DNA of 37,584 nt from sequence record SRR20825010_4175; one strand, written 5' to 3'. The position numbers and the translations under genes are program-made. Shown one piece after another: positions 16,810 through 27,560 of this stretch; positions within the stretch are counted from its first letter, which is position 1; the number at the start of each line of letters is the position of its first letter. The notes below the pieces were generated by a model. That model had not been told where the DNA came from and did no database searches. It saw nothing but the letters and a program-made list of their open reading frames with translations.

Positions 16810-16840
16810 AAGGAACCGCGGTTATGCGGTTCCTTTTTTT
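16810..16840 (+). terminator. Intrinsic terminator
   Basis: AAGGAACCGC-GGTTAT-GCGGTTCCTT followed by a T run. Confidence 0.9.
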
Positions 16841-16953
16841 ATGCTTAATTGACTTTTAATAAAGTTGCCTAAAACCAAAAAAAAACATGTTTCAATTAAA
16901 CTTACCTAGAAATTCTAGGTCATAGTTATGTTGAACATTTAAAAAAAAATATT

Positions 16954-17379
16954 ATGAAAAAAGTACTGATAATTTTTATGGCATTAGCATCTTTTGCTAT
17001 CAATGCACAGAATAAAGATGGAAAAAGAAAAGACCATCGTAGTGAAGTAAAAGAAAATTTTACTCCTGAGCAAAAAGCAGATTTAAAAGCTAAAAAAATG
17101 ACCTTAGCATTAAATTTGAACAATCCTCAACAGAATAAGATGAAAGAATTATTCTTAGAAATGGATAAAAACAAACCCACTCGCTCAGAAAATTTTAAAG
17201 AAATGACAAGTCAGCAAAAATACGAGGCAAAAAGTGCAATGCTAGATCGTCGCATTGCTATGCAACGTAAGATTAAAGAAATTCTAACTGAAGAGCAAAT
17301 GACTAAATGGGAGCGTATGCAAAGCAAAAAACATAGAAAAGGTAAAGACAAAAAAGAACGTTCAAAAAAAGATAGTTAA
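16954..17379 (+). CDS. Small exported helical protein, Spy/CpxP-like
   Basis: Signal peptide; MTLALNLNNPQQ and ILTEEQ (LTxxQ-like) motifs; Lys/Glu/Met-rich. Confidence 0.75.
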   Translation: MKKVLIIFMALASFAINAQNKDGKRKDHRSEVKENFTPEQKADLKAKKMTLALNLNNPQQNKMKELFLEMDKNKPTRSENFKEMTSQQKYEAKSAMLDRRIAMQRKIKEILTEEQMTKWERMQSKKHRKGKDKKERSKKDS

Positions 17380-17464
17380 AAAAAGAGCAAATAAATCTCT
17401 TTTGGTGCGATTATTGTTTTAATGATACAAAATAGTTACATTAGTAACCTTAAATATTAAAACA

Positions 17465-17812
17465 ATGAAAAATATTCTAACAATAGTTGCACTTGCAGTA
17501 TCAATGCTTTTTGGTATTCAATCTATTTCGGCTCAGCAACTTTCACAGGATAAAAGCAGACCCGAAGTAATAGCAAAAGAAGAAACTGCTAAACTAACCG
17601 AAACATTAGGGTTAAACGGAGACCAAGGTCGTACAGTTTTTAGAGCACTTGTTGCCAAAGAAGTTGGATACCAAAAAAATGTAGATGGTAAAAACGTTAA
17701 TGACACAGCTGTTTCTGCAGAAAAAAATAAACTGGATGAACAGTTAAAAGAAGCAATGAAAAAAACCTTGTCCGCTGACCAATACTCAAAGTGGTTGAAA
17801 ATGAATAATTAG
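17465..17812 (+). CDS. Small exported helical protein, LTxxQ-like
   Basis: Signal peptide; LGLNGDQ and TLSADQYSKW motifs. Confidence 0.72.
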   Translation: MKNILTIVALAVSMLFGIQSISAQQLSQDKSRPEVIAKEETAKLTETLGLNGDQGRTVFRALVAKEVGYQKNVDGKNVNDTAVSAEKNKLDEQLKEAMKKTLSADQYSKWLKMNN

Positions 17813-17829
17813 TGATTATAATTATATTT

Positions 17830-17868
17830 AAAAAGAGCCCTTTCTAATTTTTAGAAAGGGCCTTTTTT
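17830..17868. terminator. Bidirectional intrinsic terminator
   Basis: GCCCTTTCTAA-TTT-TTAGAAAGGGC flanked by A and T runs between convergent genes. Confidence 0.88.
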
Positions 17869-17869
17869 A

Positions 17870-19156
17870 TTATAAATTTTCTGCAACTTTTTTACAAGCT
17901 GCAATTGTAGCATCCAAATCCTCATAACTCAATGCATCACAAATAAACCAAGTTTCGAATGCGCTTGGAGCAATGTAGATTCCTTCATTTAGCATGCCGT
18001 GGAAAAAGTTTTTGAACGTATCATTATTCGCTTCCGCAGCAGAGCTAAAATCAGTAACAGGTTTTTCTGAGAAATGGATTGAAATCATCGACCCCAAGCG
18101 GTTAATCGTAAATTTCAGTTTTGCTGAAGTAAGTGCTTCTTGAAGACCTTTATGAAGGTATGCTGTTTTTTTATTAATTGATTCAAAAACTCCGCTATTT
18201 TCATTTAATTCCTTTAACATCGCCAAGCCCGCTGCCATGGCCAATGGGTTTCCGCTTAATGTTCCAGCTTGATAAACGGGACCAAGTGGAGCTAGATAAT
18301 CCATTATTTCTGAATTTGCTGCAAATGCACCAACAGGTAATCCGCCACCAATAACTTTCCCGAATGTTACAATGTTTGCTTTCACTCCAAAAAGCTCCTG
18401 TGCGCCTCCAGCAGCAAGTCTAAAACCGGTCATTACTTCATCAAAGATTAAAAGAATATTGTTGTCATCACATAGTTTTCGTAAACCTTCCAAAAAGCCA
18501 TTTGCTGGAGGAATACACCCCATGTTTCCTGCAACTGGTTCTAAAATAATACAAGCTATCTCACTCTTGTTTGCAGCAATTACAGCTTCCACATTCTTTA
18601 AATCGTTGTAAGTAGCAAGCAAAGTATCTTTTGCCGTGCCTTCAGTTACACCTGGACTATTAGGAGTTCCGAAAGTGACAGCACCACTACCAGCCTGAAT
18701 TAAAAACGAATCACTATGACCGTGATAGCAACCTGCAAATTTTATGATTTTATCTTTTCCGGTGTATCCACGGGCTAGACGCACAGCACTCATACAAGCT
18801 TCGGTACCACTGTTTACAAATCGTATTTTTTCAATATTTGGAACCATTGATACAGCAAGTGCTGCGATTTCGGTTTCAATTTCCGTAGGCATTCCGAAGG
18901 AAGTTCCTTTTTTTGCTTTTTCAATCACAGCATCAACAACAGGTTTGTGAGCGTGACCCAAAATCATTGGCCCCCATGAGTTTATGTAATCTATAAGCTT
19001 ATTACCATCAACATCATATAAGTATGCTCCCTCTGCTTTTTCAGCAAAAATAGGGGTGCCACCAACTGCTTTAAATGCTCTTACAGGTGAATTTACTCCG
19101 CCTGGAATAACTTTTTGGGCCTCTTGAAAAAGAGCACTGCTTCTTTGATAATTCAT
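17870..19156 (-). CDS. hemL: Glutamate-1-semialdehyde 2,1-aminomutase
   Basis: [49 protein letters not shown]. Confidence 0.98.
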   Translation of the reverse strand: MNYQRSSALFQEAQKVIPGGVNSPVRAFKAVGGTPIFAEKAEGAYLYDVDGNKLIDYINSWGPMILGHAHKPVVDAVIEKAKKGTSFGMPTEIETEIAALAVSMVPNIEKIRFVNSGTEACMSAVRLARGYTGKDKIIKFAGCYHGHSDSFLIQAGSGAVTFGTPNSPGVTEGTAKDTLLATYNDLKNVEAVIAANKSEIACIILEPVAGNMGCIPPANGFLEGLRKLCDDNNILLIFDEVMTGFRLAAGGAQELFGVKANIVTFGKVIGGGLPVGAFAANSEIMDYLAPLGPVYQAGTLSGNPLAMAAGLAMLKELNENSGVFESINKKTAYLHKGLQEALTSAKLKFTINRLGSMISIHFSEKPVTDFSSAAEANNDTFKNFFHGMLNEGIYIAPSAFETWFICDALSYEDLDATIAACKKVAENL

Positions 19157-19237
19157 ATAAATATTTAATGAAATTTAATACTAATTTGTATCTGTTTTTA
19201 TGAAATTATTATAGCTGAAAAAGCAAAATTCATAAAA

Positions 19238-20083
19238 TTATTGATTTTTTAGGGGGTGAAGGTATAAGGTTTGGCCAATTGCTATGTTGTTATTTCGTAG
19301 GCCATTATACTTCTTCAAAGTTTCTACAGTTAGATTAAAACGGCGGGAGATGCTGTAAAGCGTATCGCCAGCTTGCACAGAATATGTGGCAATATTAGTG
19401 TCACTTGTATTAGATCGGTTTGTTTTCTTACCTAAAACCTCATTGTCAAATTCATCTAGATTATACCGCTCAACAATGCTTATAAGTTTTTCAGGATATT
19501 TAGGGTCTGTTGCATAGCCCGCTTTTCTTAGGCCTTTTGCCCAGCCTTTGTAATCGTCTTTTCGAAGTTTAAAAAGGTCTTGATATCGGCTTCGTTGCGT
19601 TAAAAATAAGGAGTGGTCGCGATATGAATATTTTGGGTCTGTGTATTTTCGGAAACACTCTCCACGTTCATCATCATCATGATACACACGGTCACCTTCC
19701 CAGCCTGTATGGCATTTTATTCCAAAATGATTGTTGGCTTTCATAGTAAGTTCTCCAACACCAGCGCCACTTTCTAGTATTCCTTGTGCAAGTGTTATAC
19801 TGGCTGGAATGCCGTATTGTAGCATTTCTTCTTTTGCAATATCACTAAACTCATTAATGTAATTTGCAATCCGTTCACTATATGGAATGTTTACGGGCAC
19901 TTTAACAACTTCAGGTTCTTCTGCTTTCGTGTTAGTTTCCTTATTAGGCTGTTTTACAATAACGACCCTTTCAGTAGTGTGCTTTTTTTTGTGTTTTACT
20001 GCAGTTTTTTTTGATTTACAACTGCTAAAACAAATTATACAAATAAGAAGAAGTGTCGTTATTCTGCCAATCATTTTATTCAA
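19238..20083 (-). CDS. Glucosaminidase (GH73) + LysM lipoprotein, peptidoglycan hydrolase
   Basis: Lipobox FSSC, IPASITLAQGILESG, NNHFGIKC, GYATDPKY, LysM YSVQAGDTLYSISRRF. Confidence 0.93.
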   Translation of the reverse strand: MNKMIGRITTLLLICIICFSSCKSKKTAVKHKKKHTTERVVIVKQPNKETNTKAEEPEVVKVPVNIPYSERIANYINEFSDIAKEEMLQYGIPASITLAQGILESGAGVGELTMKANNHFGIKCHTGWEGDRVYHDDDERGECFRKYTDPKYSYRDHSLFLTQRSRYQDLFKLRKDDYKGWAKGLRKAGYATDPKYPEKLISIVERYNLDEFDNEVLGKKTNRSNTSDTNIATYSVQAGDTLYSISRRFNLTVETLKKYNGLRNNNIAIGQTLYLHPLKNQ

Positions 20084-21002
20084 TTATAGGTAGTTTTTTC
20101 TTTTTTAATTTTTCGTTCATCCCTGTGATGCCTTGCAATCCTCCAGTATGAATTGCGAAAATACGGCTATTTTCTTTGAAATGCCCTTTTTTCAATAATT
20201 CCATAATACCAAACATCATCTTTCCGGTATAAATTGGATCTAAAGGAATTTTTGTTTTTTCTTTAAACTCGTTAATGAAACGTATCAAATTCAGATCTAT
20301 TTTCCCATAACCTCCAAAACAATATGAATCGGTGATTTCAAAATTATTTTTAGAAGTATATTTTTTAATTTCTGAAGCTTGAAATGTTCCTTTTAAAGCT
20401 GAAAAACCTATGACTTTTTGATTTTTGGATGAAGCTTTAACCAATCCAGCAATAGTCCCACCGGTTCCAACAGCTGTACAAATGTAATCATATGTCTGTT
20501 CGGTTTTTGATAAAATCTCTTCGCAACCTTTTACAGCCAAATCATTTGTTCCGCCTTCAGGAAGTAAATAAAAGTCACCAAATTTTTCTTTCAAAGTGTC
20601 AAGAAAAGCTATGTTTTCTTTGTTTTTATATTTTTCTCGTGAAATAAAATACAACTCCATACCACAGTTTTGGGCAAATGAAAGTGTAGGGTTTTCTATA
20701 GCTTTGTCGGCAAGTTCTTCACCTCGAATTATACCAATTGTTTTAAAATTTAACCGTTCTCCAGCCGCAGCTACAGCAGCAATATGATTAGAAAACGCAC
20801 CGCCAAAAGTAAGCAATGTGTGCTGGTTTTGATTTTTGGCTGCTTGAAGATTGTATTTTAATTTTCTAAATTTATTTCCAGAAACAAACGGATGTACTAA
20901 GTCTTCACGCTTTAGAAATAAAGAATACCCAGAAATATTAAAATCAAGTAAATTTATTTCTAAAGTTGGTACATTTTCAAAAGAAGAAAGAAACTGTTCC
21001 AT
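20076..21002 (-). CDS. ACC deaminase/D-cysteine desulfhydrase family PLP enzyme
   Basis: KREDL..SGNKFRKL, FGGAFSNH, GTGGT, LDPIYTGK, IHTGG. Confidence 0.93.
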   Translation of the reverse strand: MEQFLSSFENVPTLEINLLDFNISGYSLFLKREDLVHPFVSGNKFRKLKYNLQAAKNQNQHTLLTFGGAFSNHIAAVAAAGERLNFKTIGIIRGEELADKAIENPTLSFAQNCGMELYFISREKYKNKENIAFLDTLKEKFGDFYLLPEGGTNDLAVKGCEEILSKTEQTYDYICTAVGTGGTIAGLVKASSKNQKVIGFSALKGTFQASEIKKYTSKNNFEITDSYCFGGYGKIDLNLIRFINEFKEKTKIPLDPIYTGKMMFGIMELLKKGHFKENSRIFAIHTGGLQGITGMNEKLKKKKLPIIE

Positions 21003-21093
21003 ATTTAACTTTTATCATCTCAGTAAAACAGCTCCTAAGAATTTATTTTAACACTTTTCTTGCTGAAAACGAAGTTGTTTTAATGAAGTTGAA

Positions 21094-23544
21094 TTAATTT
21101 TTTGAATATAAAATAACACTATTAGATTCGCCAATAACGGTTAAGTCTAGCGTATTTTTTCCATTACCATCGTCCATTGAGGCTATAGAAGTGCCATAAA
21201 CAGGGAATCCATTTAAAAGAGTGCCGTTTTTATCAAAAACATAAACCTTCTTTTCTTGAGTTTCTGTAATTGTAATATAGTTGTTCCTGTGTATGTTAAA
21301 AAGCTGAGGTTTGTGATAAAGCCCAAGCGGAAGTTCCACTAATTTCCCGTTTATACGAAGCAGATTATCATCAAGAGTGGCTTTGGTAGTTCCGTTTATA
21401 GCAAACCAATAATTACTTCCTACAGCTAATTTTTGTGAAGTTATTTTTCCATTTTGTGAAATACGTTCTTTGGTGTTTTCTTTAGTAATAACCACAAAAG
21501 TATTGTCTTCTTCAGCAATTGGAATTTCTGAAAAACTGAAGTTTTTTGATACCGAAATACGCGATTTTCCTACACGGCTCAAAATATTGAGTTTCCCGCT
21601 TTCTTCAGCAATAACAATATAATCTTTATTTCCCATCCGAATGTGTTTAGGCGACTGTACAATTTTACTTTTAGCTTTGTCAAACCCAAAACCTTTTACC
21701 AGTTTTCCATTTTTATCATACATCAACACTTCATTATTCTGCACAATCACAAAACGGTAATTGCCATTGTTGTCATAATCAAAAACCGAAAGTGGCTGTG
21801 TTACAGCATCCTTAAATTTTATTGGAAAAGACTTTGCATCCTTCCCATTTCGATCCAGAATATGGAAGGCATCTTTGGTAGCAAACGCCATAAACTTATC
21901 GCCCGAAATAGTTATAATTTCAATAGTTCCAATTATTCCTGAACCTAAGTTTTTTGTCCAAAGTATATTCCCGCTTTCAGAAATAAAATACAATTTATTG
22001 GCAACATCTTGAACAACCACATTGCTACCTTTATTATTAAATATTTGTGGAATTCCTAAAACTGCATTTTCAAGTTTTACATTAAATTTTTCTGAAACAT
22101 TTCCTGAAACAGTCTGTGTTTTTCCAGAAATTGTATTGCAACTGAAAGCTACATGCGCAAAATTCCTGTCGTAACTGAACTGTAATGCTGCCAATGGAAA
22201 TTCATCAAAAGAAATAGCTTCAAGACTTTTTTTGCTTTTTGAATTGAAAAATCCTGAAATTGATTCTGCATATTCGCCTTGCATTTTTAACAGCAATAAC
22301 GAAGAAGCAGCGCTTAAATTTGTTGCGGTATTTTCAAAATAAGCGCTGTTTTTTATGGTAGCATTGTTTTGAAACGCGCTAATAAGTTGTTCTGCGGTTG
22401 CTTCATTTTCAATAAATACAAAGAAATTTTCCAGCTGAAAAACATAGTTAGCTTTTATAGAATTTATAAAAGGTGAAAATGTTTTTTGAAATAATTGCGG
22501 TTCGCTAAAACTGCTAATTTCAATCTCGCGGAACGAACTTTTTGCCGAAACATAACGCGCCAAAGCATCTTCAGTTAAGGAAGCATCAATACTTTTTATG
22601 AAAATTGCGGTTTCATTTTTTAGCTGAATACTTCCCACTTCACTTACCGATCCAAAAATTCCGGTGGTTTGTGCAGTTGTTTTTTCACCTCTAAAATCCC
22701 TTAGTTTTTTCTGAAACTTTTCAGCATCATTAAATGTAAAACTCATAGCGCCAAGTGCATCAACAGGCACAATTTCAGAGATATCGTTTTGTTGCGGCGT
22801 TTGACCTTCAAAAACATTTAAAAGCTGTGGAATGCTATCGGTAGCCAAAGTAATTCCAGTTGCAGTAAACGTTTCTGGGGCAATGGCTATATCTAACGCG
22901 CTCCACGAAGTAAAATCAATTTTCGTAGAATCGTTTATCGCAATTTTAGTACCGCGCACCAGAGCTGTAAATTCATTAGAAGATGGAAGATTAAAAACTT
23001 TCGCAAAGGTTTCAGTGCGTTCGGTTTTTCGCTCTAAAATATCCATCAAAATCTGTTGTGATGATGAAATAACAAACACACTATCAATCAGTGCGGAGTA
23101 TGCTATTTCATTGTCAATCGTAACTCGTTGAAAGGATAGCTTATCCAGTTTTAAAGTTTCAATGGTTTTATTTTTAAGAAAATCTAATTGAAAAAGTCCC
23201 TTTGTTTGTTTTGAAATAAAGGTGTAAGCAGAAAGAGAATCGTTTAACTTATTAATACACAAAAGGCTTTGCGAAGTAGGGTGTAGGTTTTTTAAAAGTG
23301 CCGCTTTTTTAGAAAAAAAAGAATAGGGAGACGATTTTTCAAATTTTGACAAAAGTGAATTATTTTGAATATCTGCCTGCAGGCTTTCGAAATCTGCAAT
23401 TTTAAAAACCACCGAAGTATTTTCTGGAACAAAATCCATCAAAGTTCCCGTCTTTGGAAGTGTTTCATCACAAGCTCCAAAAATTCCTAAGAATATTGAA
23501 ACGAAAAGTAAAAGCGCTAAAGGTTTCCCTTGAATTTTTCCCAT
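21094..23544 (-). CDS. Large hypothetical lipoprotein with C-terminal beta-propeller-like repeats
   Basis: 816-aa ORF, lipobox FGAC; recurring DxxGxxxxGFP-like segments near the C-terminus. Confidence 0.8.
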   Translation of the reverse strand: MGKIQGKPLALLLFVSIFLGIFGACDETLPKTGTLMDFVPENTSVVFKIADFESLQADIQNNSLLSKFEKSSPYSFFSKKAALLKNLHPTSQSLLCINKLNDSLSAYTFISKQTKGLFQLDFLKNKTIETLKLDKLSFQRVTIDNEIAYSALIDSVFVISSSQQILMDILERKTERTETFAKVFNLPSSNEFTALVRGTKIAINDSTKIDFTSWSALDIAIAPETFTATGITLATDSIPQLLNVFEGQTPQQNDISEIVPVDALGAMSFTFNDAEKFQKKLRDFRGEKTTAQTTGIFGSVSEVGSIQLKNETAIFIKSIDASLTEDALARYVSAKSSFREIEISSFSEPQLFQKTFSPFINSIKANYVFQLENFFVFIENEATAEQLISAFQNNATIKNSAYFENTATNLSAASSLLLLKMQGEYAESISGFFNSKSKKSLEAISFDEFPLAALQFSYDRNFAHVAFSCNTISGKTQTVSGNVSEKFNVKLENAVLGIPQIFNNKGSNVVVQDVANKLYFISESGNILWTKNLGSGIIGTIEIITISGDKFMAFATKDAFHILDRNGKDAKSFPIKFKDAVTQPLSVFDYDNNGNYRFVIVQNNEVLMYDKNGKLVKGFGFDKAKSKIVQSPKHIRMGNKDYIVIAEESGKLNILSRVGKSRISVSKNFSFSEIPIAEEDNTFVVITKENTKERISQNGKITSQKLAVGSNYWFAINGTTKATLDDNLLRINGKLVELPLGLYHKPQLFNIHRNNYITITETQEKKVYVFDKNGTLLNGFPVYGTSIASMDDGNGKNTLDLTVIGESNSVILYSKN

Positions 23545-23628
23545 AAAACAAAAATAACAATGATTAATGATGATTTTACTACGTTTAGAAATAGTTTATC
23601 GACGTGTTTTCAACAAGAATATTTCAAA

Positions 23629-24261
23629 TTACAGCTTCTTTTTCATTGTAGAAGCAACGTTTTTTAAATCTAACTCCAGTTGTTCGGGCAGGAGTTTAAA
23701 ACTTTTTCTATGAAATATTGTACTGCCGTGGGTACGAATTGCTTCACGGTGTGCTTTTGTTGGATAGCCTTTGTTTTGTTTCCAATTATACTGCGGAAAC
23801 TTTTCGTGTAACTCAGTCATATACTCGTCTCGGTATGTTTTCGCCAAAATTGAAGCCGCAGCAATATGCAAATATTTGCCATCGCCTTTTATTACACATT
23901 CATAAGGTGTTTTTCCAAAGGGTTTAAAGCGGTTTCCGTCAATTGCAATAAATTCTGGAAGCTTTGAAAGCCCTTCAATAGCACGGTGCATCCCTAAAAT
24001 AGACGCATTTAGTATGTTTATTTTGTCAATTTCGTCCATCATAACATGAACTACTTTATAGCAAATTGCTTCCTGTTCTATAATATCTTTTAGTTGAAGT
24101 CGTTTTTTTTCTGAAAGTTGCTTGCTGTCTGTTAAAAAAGGATGCTGAAAATCATCAGGAAGAATAACAGCCGCTGCGGTAACGGGTCCAGCTAAACAGC
24201 CACGTCCCGCTTCATCAGTGCCACATTCAAGAAGTTGTTGATTTATTTTTAGCTTTAGCAT
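23629..24261 (-). CDS. rnhB: Ribonuclease HII (start placed at ATG 24261 rather than 24300)
   Basis: [44 protein letters not shown]. Confidence 0.96.
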   Translation of the reverse strand: MLKLKINQQLLECGTDEAGRGCLAGPVTAAAVILPDDFQHPFLTDSKQLSEKKRLQLKDIIEQEAICYKVVHVMMDEIDKINILNASILGMHRAIEGLSKLPEFIAIDGNRFKPFGKTPYECVIKGDGKYLHIAAASILAKTYRDEYMTELHEKFPQYNWKQNKGYPTKAHREAIRTHGSTIFHRKSFKLLPEQLELDLKNVASTMKKKL

Positions 24262-24385
24262 ATAAAGTTCAAAATTCAATAAAATTAAAGGAATCATCAA
24301 ATTTCATATGTTAAATACACAGAAAGTATACGCTATTGATGCGTAGTTTGGGTTTTGATAATACCCCTTTAAACCAAAAAAAATA

Positions 24386-24393
24386 TACCTTTG
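24386..24393 (+). promoter_or_regulatory. -7 box (TACCTTTG) for the porin gene
   Basis: TAnnTTTG 18 nt before the ATG. Confidence 0.65.
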
Positions 24394-24411
24394 CTAAAAG
24401 TTATTTTATAG

Positions 24412-26295
24412 ATGAAAAAAACACTTTTGCTCCTTTTTATTTTATGTGCTTCGTCAACTGTGTTTTCTCAAAACCCAAATGCAAAAAAAGTAAAACCGCC
24501 GATTGATTATTATAAAATTATTTCTGCAGATCGCGATACTACTTTTGTGGATACAACACTTTCTATTACCAAAAAATATAATTTCAATTATTTACGAAGA
24601 GATAACTTTGAATTACTTCAGTTTTCAAATGTTGGGCAAACTTATAATTCCCTAGCATATTCATTTGATCGGCTTAATTTAAAACCTCTTTTTGTGGCAC
24701 AATCGCATCATTTTAATTATAAAGAAATTGATGCAGTTAATTATTACAATGTGCCAACTCCCCTTACAGAATTGTATTTTAAAACCGCATACAATCAAGG
24801 TCAGCAATTGGATGCTTTTTTTACGGTGAATACTTCGCCACAGTTTAATTTTTCTATTGGGTATAAAGGCGTGCGTTCGCTCGGAAAATACCAACATATT
24901 TTAACGAGCACCGGAAATTTTCTGTTTACTTCAAATTACCGCACTAAAAATAATCGCTACATAGCACGTATGCATGTTGCAGCACAGGATGTTTTAAATC
25001 AGGAAAATGGAGGGTTAACGGAAAATTCTTTAGCGTTATTTATAAATGACGACCCCGAATTTAACGATCGCGGAAGGCTGGATGTAAATTTTGAAAATGC
25101 TGAAAATAAATTGGAAGGACTTCGGTTTTATGGCGATCATTATTATGAATTAATTAGTCAGCGCGATAGTACCGCGTATTCTGTGCTTACCATCGGGAAT
25201 GTGCTGAGTTATGAAGATAAATTTTTTAGATACAACCAGACTGCGCCTTATAAGTCTTTTGGGCCTTCCTATGAAACTACAAATTTAGAAACCAAGACAA
25301 AACTGGAGGACTTCAATGTAAAGGCGTATGCAAATTTTGATAATTCACTTATCGGAAAAATTTCTGCTTGGGCTGGTTATAACGACTTTAATTATGGTTA
25401 TAATTCGGTTTTGGTGCTGGATGAAGTGCGAATTCCAAATAGAATACAAGGTAGCATTTTTGAAGCTGGAGCAGCCTATGAAAAGGAATATCACGGCTTC
25501 AAACTTTCTGGAAAAGGCGCAATAAATGTAGCAGGCGATTTTGATGGAAATTACATTCAAGCTGCTGCTTCGTATGATTTGAAAGAAGAATACAATGCAA
25601 AAGCATCTATAACAGTGCATTCAGTGGCGCCAAACTTCAATTTTTTACTGTACCAAAGTGATTACCAAAATTACAATTGGAAAAACGAATTGAACAATAT
25701 AAAAACACAGGAATTAAAGTTTGAAATTAACACCAAACGCTTTGGAAATGCATCGGTAAGTTATACAGGAATTGATGATTATGCCTACTTCGGAATAAAA
25801 GCAACTGATAGCACACCTTCTCCATTACAAGCTTCTGAACGTGTAGATTATTTAAAAATTAAGGCTCAAAAAGAATTTACTTATGGCCTTTTTGCATTGG
25901 AAAATACAGTAATGTATCAACAGGTTTTGAGTGGTGAAACTGTTTTTAATGTGCCACAACTTATTACCCGAAACTCACTTTATTATCAAGATCACTGGTT
26001 TAAACGTGCGCTTTTTATGCAAACTGGTGTTACTTTTAAGTATTTTACCAAATACAATATGAATGGATATGACCCAGTTTTGGCTGAATTTTACGTTCAG
26101 AATGATCAGGAGTTGGGTGGTTTTCCACTAGTAGATATTTTCTTTAATGCGAAGATAAGGCAGACGCGTATTTTCTTCGTTTATGAAAATTTCACTTCAC
26201 TTTTTAGTAGCAAGAATGAACATTTTGCAGCTCCTGGCTATCCGTATCGAGATGCTGTTTTGCGTTTTGGTTTGGTTTGGAATTTCTTCCTATAA
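24412..26295 (+). CDS. Putative outer-membrane beta-barrel porin (Bacteroidota type)
   Basis: Signal peptide, amphipathic beta strands, PTPLTEL and QENGG motifs, C-terminal RFGLVWNFFL. Confidence 0.85.
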   Translation: MKKTLLLLFILCASSTVFSQNPNAKKVKPPIDYYKIISADRDTTFVDTTLSITKKYNFNYLRRDNFELLQFSNVGQTYNSLAYSFDRLNLKPLFVAQSHHFNYKEIDAVNYYNVPTPLTELYFKTAYNQGQQLDAFFTVNTSPQFNFSIGYKGVRSLGKYQHILTSTGNFLFTSNYRTKNNRYIARMHVAAQDVLNQENGGLTENSLALFINDDPEFNDRGRLDVNFENAENKLEGLRFYGDHYYELISQRDSTAYSVLTIGNVLSYEDKFFRYNQTAPYKSFGPSYETTNLETKTKLEDFNVKAYANFDNSLIGKISAWAGYNDFNYGYNSVLVLDEVRIPNRIQGSIFEAGAAYEKEYHGFKLSGKGAINVAGDFDGNYIQAAASYDLKEEYNAKASITVHSVAPNFNFLLYQSDYQNYNWKNELNNIKTQELKFEINTKRFGNASVSYTGIDDYAYFGIKATDSTPSPLQASERVDYLKIKAQKEFTYGLFALENTVMYQQVLSGETVFNVPQLITRNSLYYQDHWFKRALFMQTGVTFKYFTKYNMNGYDPVLAEFYVQNDQELGGFPLVDIFFNAKIRQTRIFFVYENFTSLFSSKNEHFAAPGYPYRDAVLRFGLVWNFFL

Positions 26296-26320
26296 AAAAA
26301 CCCGCCACATGGACGGGTTT
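26294..26320 (-). terminator. Terminator between convergent porin and acyl-CoA dehydrogenase genes
   Basis: AAACCCG..CGGGTTT with an A7 run on the left (T run on the minus strand). Confidence 0.75.
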
Positions 26321-26358
26321 GATATTTTGTTATTTAAAGTAAGACAGCTGTCTTGAAG

Positions 26359-27501
26359 CTAGTCTTTCAAAAGACCTCTTGAAATTACAATTTTCTGTAT
26401 TTCTGAAGTACCTTCATAAATCTGCGTAATTTTAGCATCACGCATTAGGCGTTCTACGTGGTATTCTTTTACATAACCATTTCCGCCGTGAACTTGTACT
26501 GCTTCAACGCTAACGTCCATTGCAGTTTGTGAAGCAAATAATTTTGCAATTGCGCCGCTCATATCATAATTGTTGCCTTGGTCTTTATCCCAAGCTGCTT
26601 TCATAACTAAATGACGGGCAGCGGTGATTGAAGTATGCATGTCTGCAAGTTTGAAAGCGATTGCTTGGTGGTTGCAAATTTCAGTTCCAAAAGCTTTTCG
26701 TACTTTGGAGTATTCACGAGCCAAATCGTATGCTCCAGCGGCAATTCCTAATGCTTGTGCTGCAATACCGATACGACCTCCAGAAAGTGTTTTCATTGCA
26801 AATTTGAATCCAAATCCATCTTCGCCAATTCTGTTTTCCTTTGGCACTTTTACGTCATTGAATAGTAAGGAATGTGTGTCGCTTCCGCGGATTCCTAATT
26901 TATCTTCTTTTGGGCCAATTTCAAAACCTTCCCAACCTTTTTCAACAATAAAAGCATTGATGCCTTTGTGCTTTTTTTCTTTATCTGTTTGTGCAATTAC
27001 TAAATAATAATCAGCAGAGCCACCATTTGTAATCCAGTTTTTGGTGCCGTTTAATATATAATGATCACCTTTATCTATTGCAGTTGTTCTTTGCGAAGTA
27101 GCATCACTACCAGCTTCAGGCTCACTTAAACAAAATGCGCCAAGTTTTTCGCCAGTAGCTAATTTGGTCAGGTATTTTTGTTTTTGCGCTTCATTTCCAT
27201 AAGCTTGAAGGCCGTAACAAACCAATGAATTGTTTACAGATACAATTACGGAGCAGGAAGCATCAACCTTACTTAGCTCTTCCATTACCAAAACATAACT
27301 TACGGTGTCCATTCCGCCTCCACCGTATTTTGGGTCTACCATCATTCCTAAAAAGCCGAGTTCGCCCATTTTTTTAACTTGTTCGGCAGGGAATTTTTGA
27401 AGATTATCTCGTTCTATTACGCCCGGAAGTAATTCGGTACGTGCAAAATCGCGAGCGGCGTCGCGTATCATTAACTGTTCTTCGGATAGACTGAAATCCA
27501 T
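26359..27501 (-). CDS. Acyl-CoA dehydrogenase (short-chain/butyryl-CoA type)
   Basis: FCLSEPEAGSDA, NGTKNWITNG, QVHGGNGY, IYEGTSEIQ. Confidence 0.96.
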   Translation of the reverse strand: MDFSLSEEQLMIRDAARDFARTELLPGVIERDNLQKFPAEQVKKMGELGFLGMMVDPKYGGGGMDTVSYVLVMEELSKVDASCSVIVSVNNSLVCYGLQAYGNEAQKQKYLTKLATGEKLGAFCLSEPEAGSDATSQRTTAIDKGDHYILNGTKNWITNGGSADYYLVIAQTDKEKKHKGINAFIVEKGWEGFEIGPKEDKLGIRGSDTHSLLFNDVKVPKENRIGEDGFGFKFAMKTLSGGRIGIAAQALGIAAGAYDLAREYSKVRKAFGTEICNHQAIAFKLADMHTSITAARHLVMKAAWDKDQGNNYDMSGAIAKLFASQTAMDVSVEAVQVHGGNGYVKEYHVERLMRDAKITQIYEGTSEIQKIVISRGLLKD

Positions 27502-27538
27502 AGGTTTTGTTTTAAAGAAAATTCGTTTTTAAGATTTG

Positions 27539-27546
27539 CAAATGTA
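27539..27546 (-). promoter_or_regulatory. -7 box (TACATTTG) for the acyl-CoA dehydrogenase gene
   Basis: TAnnTTTG upstream of ATG 27501. Confidence 0.65.
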
Positions 27547-27560
27547 CTTTAAAAATAAAG

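Noticed and set aside
24262..24300. N-terminal extension of rnhB given in the ORF track
   Set aside because: ATG at 24261 gives the usual distance to the DEAGRG motif
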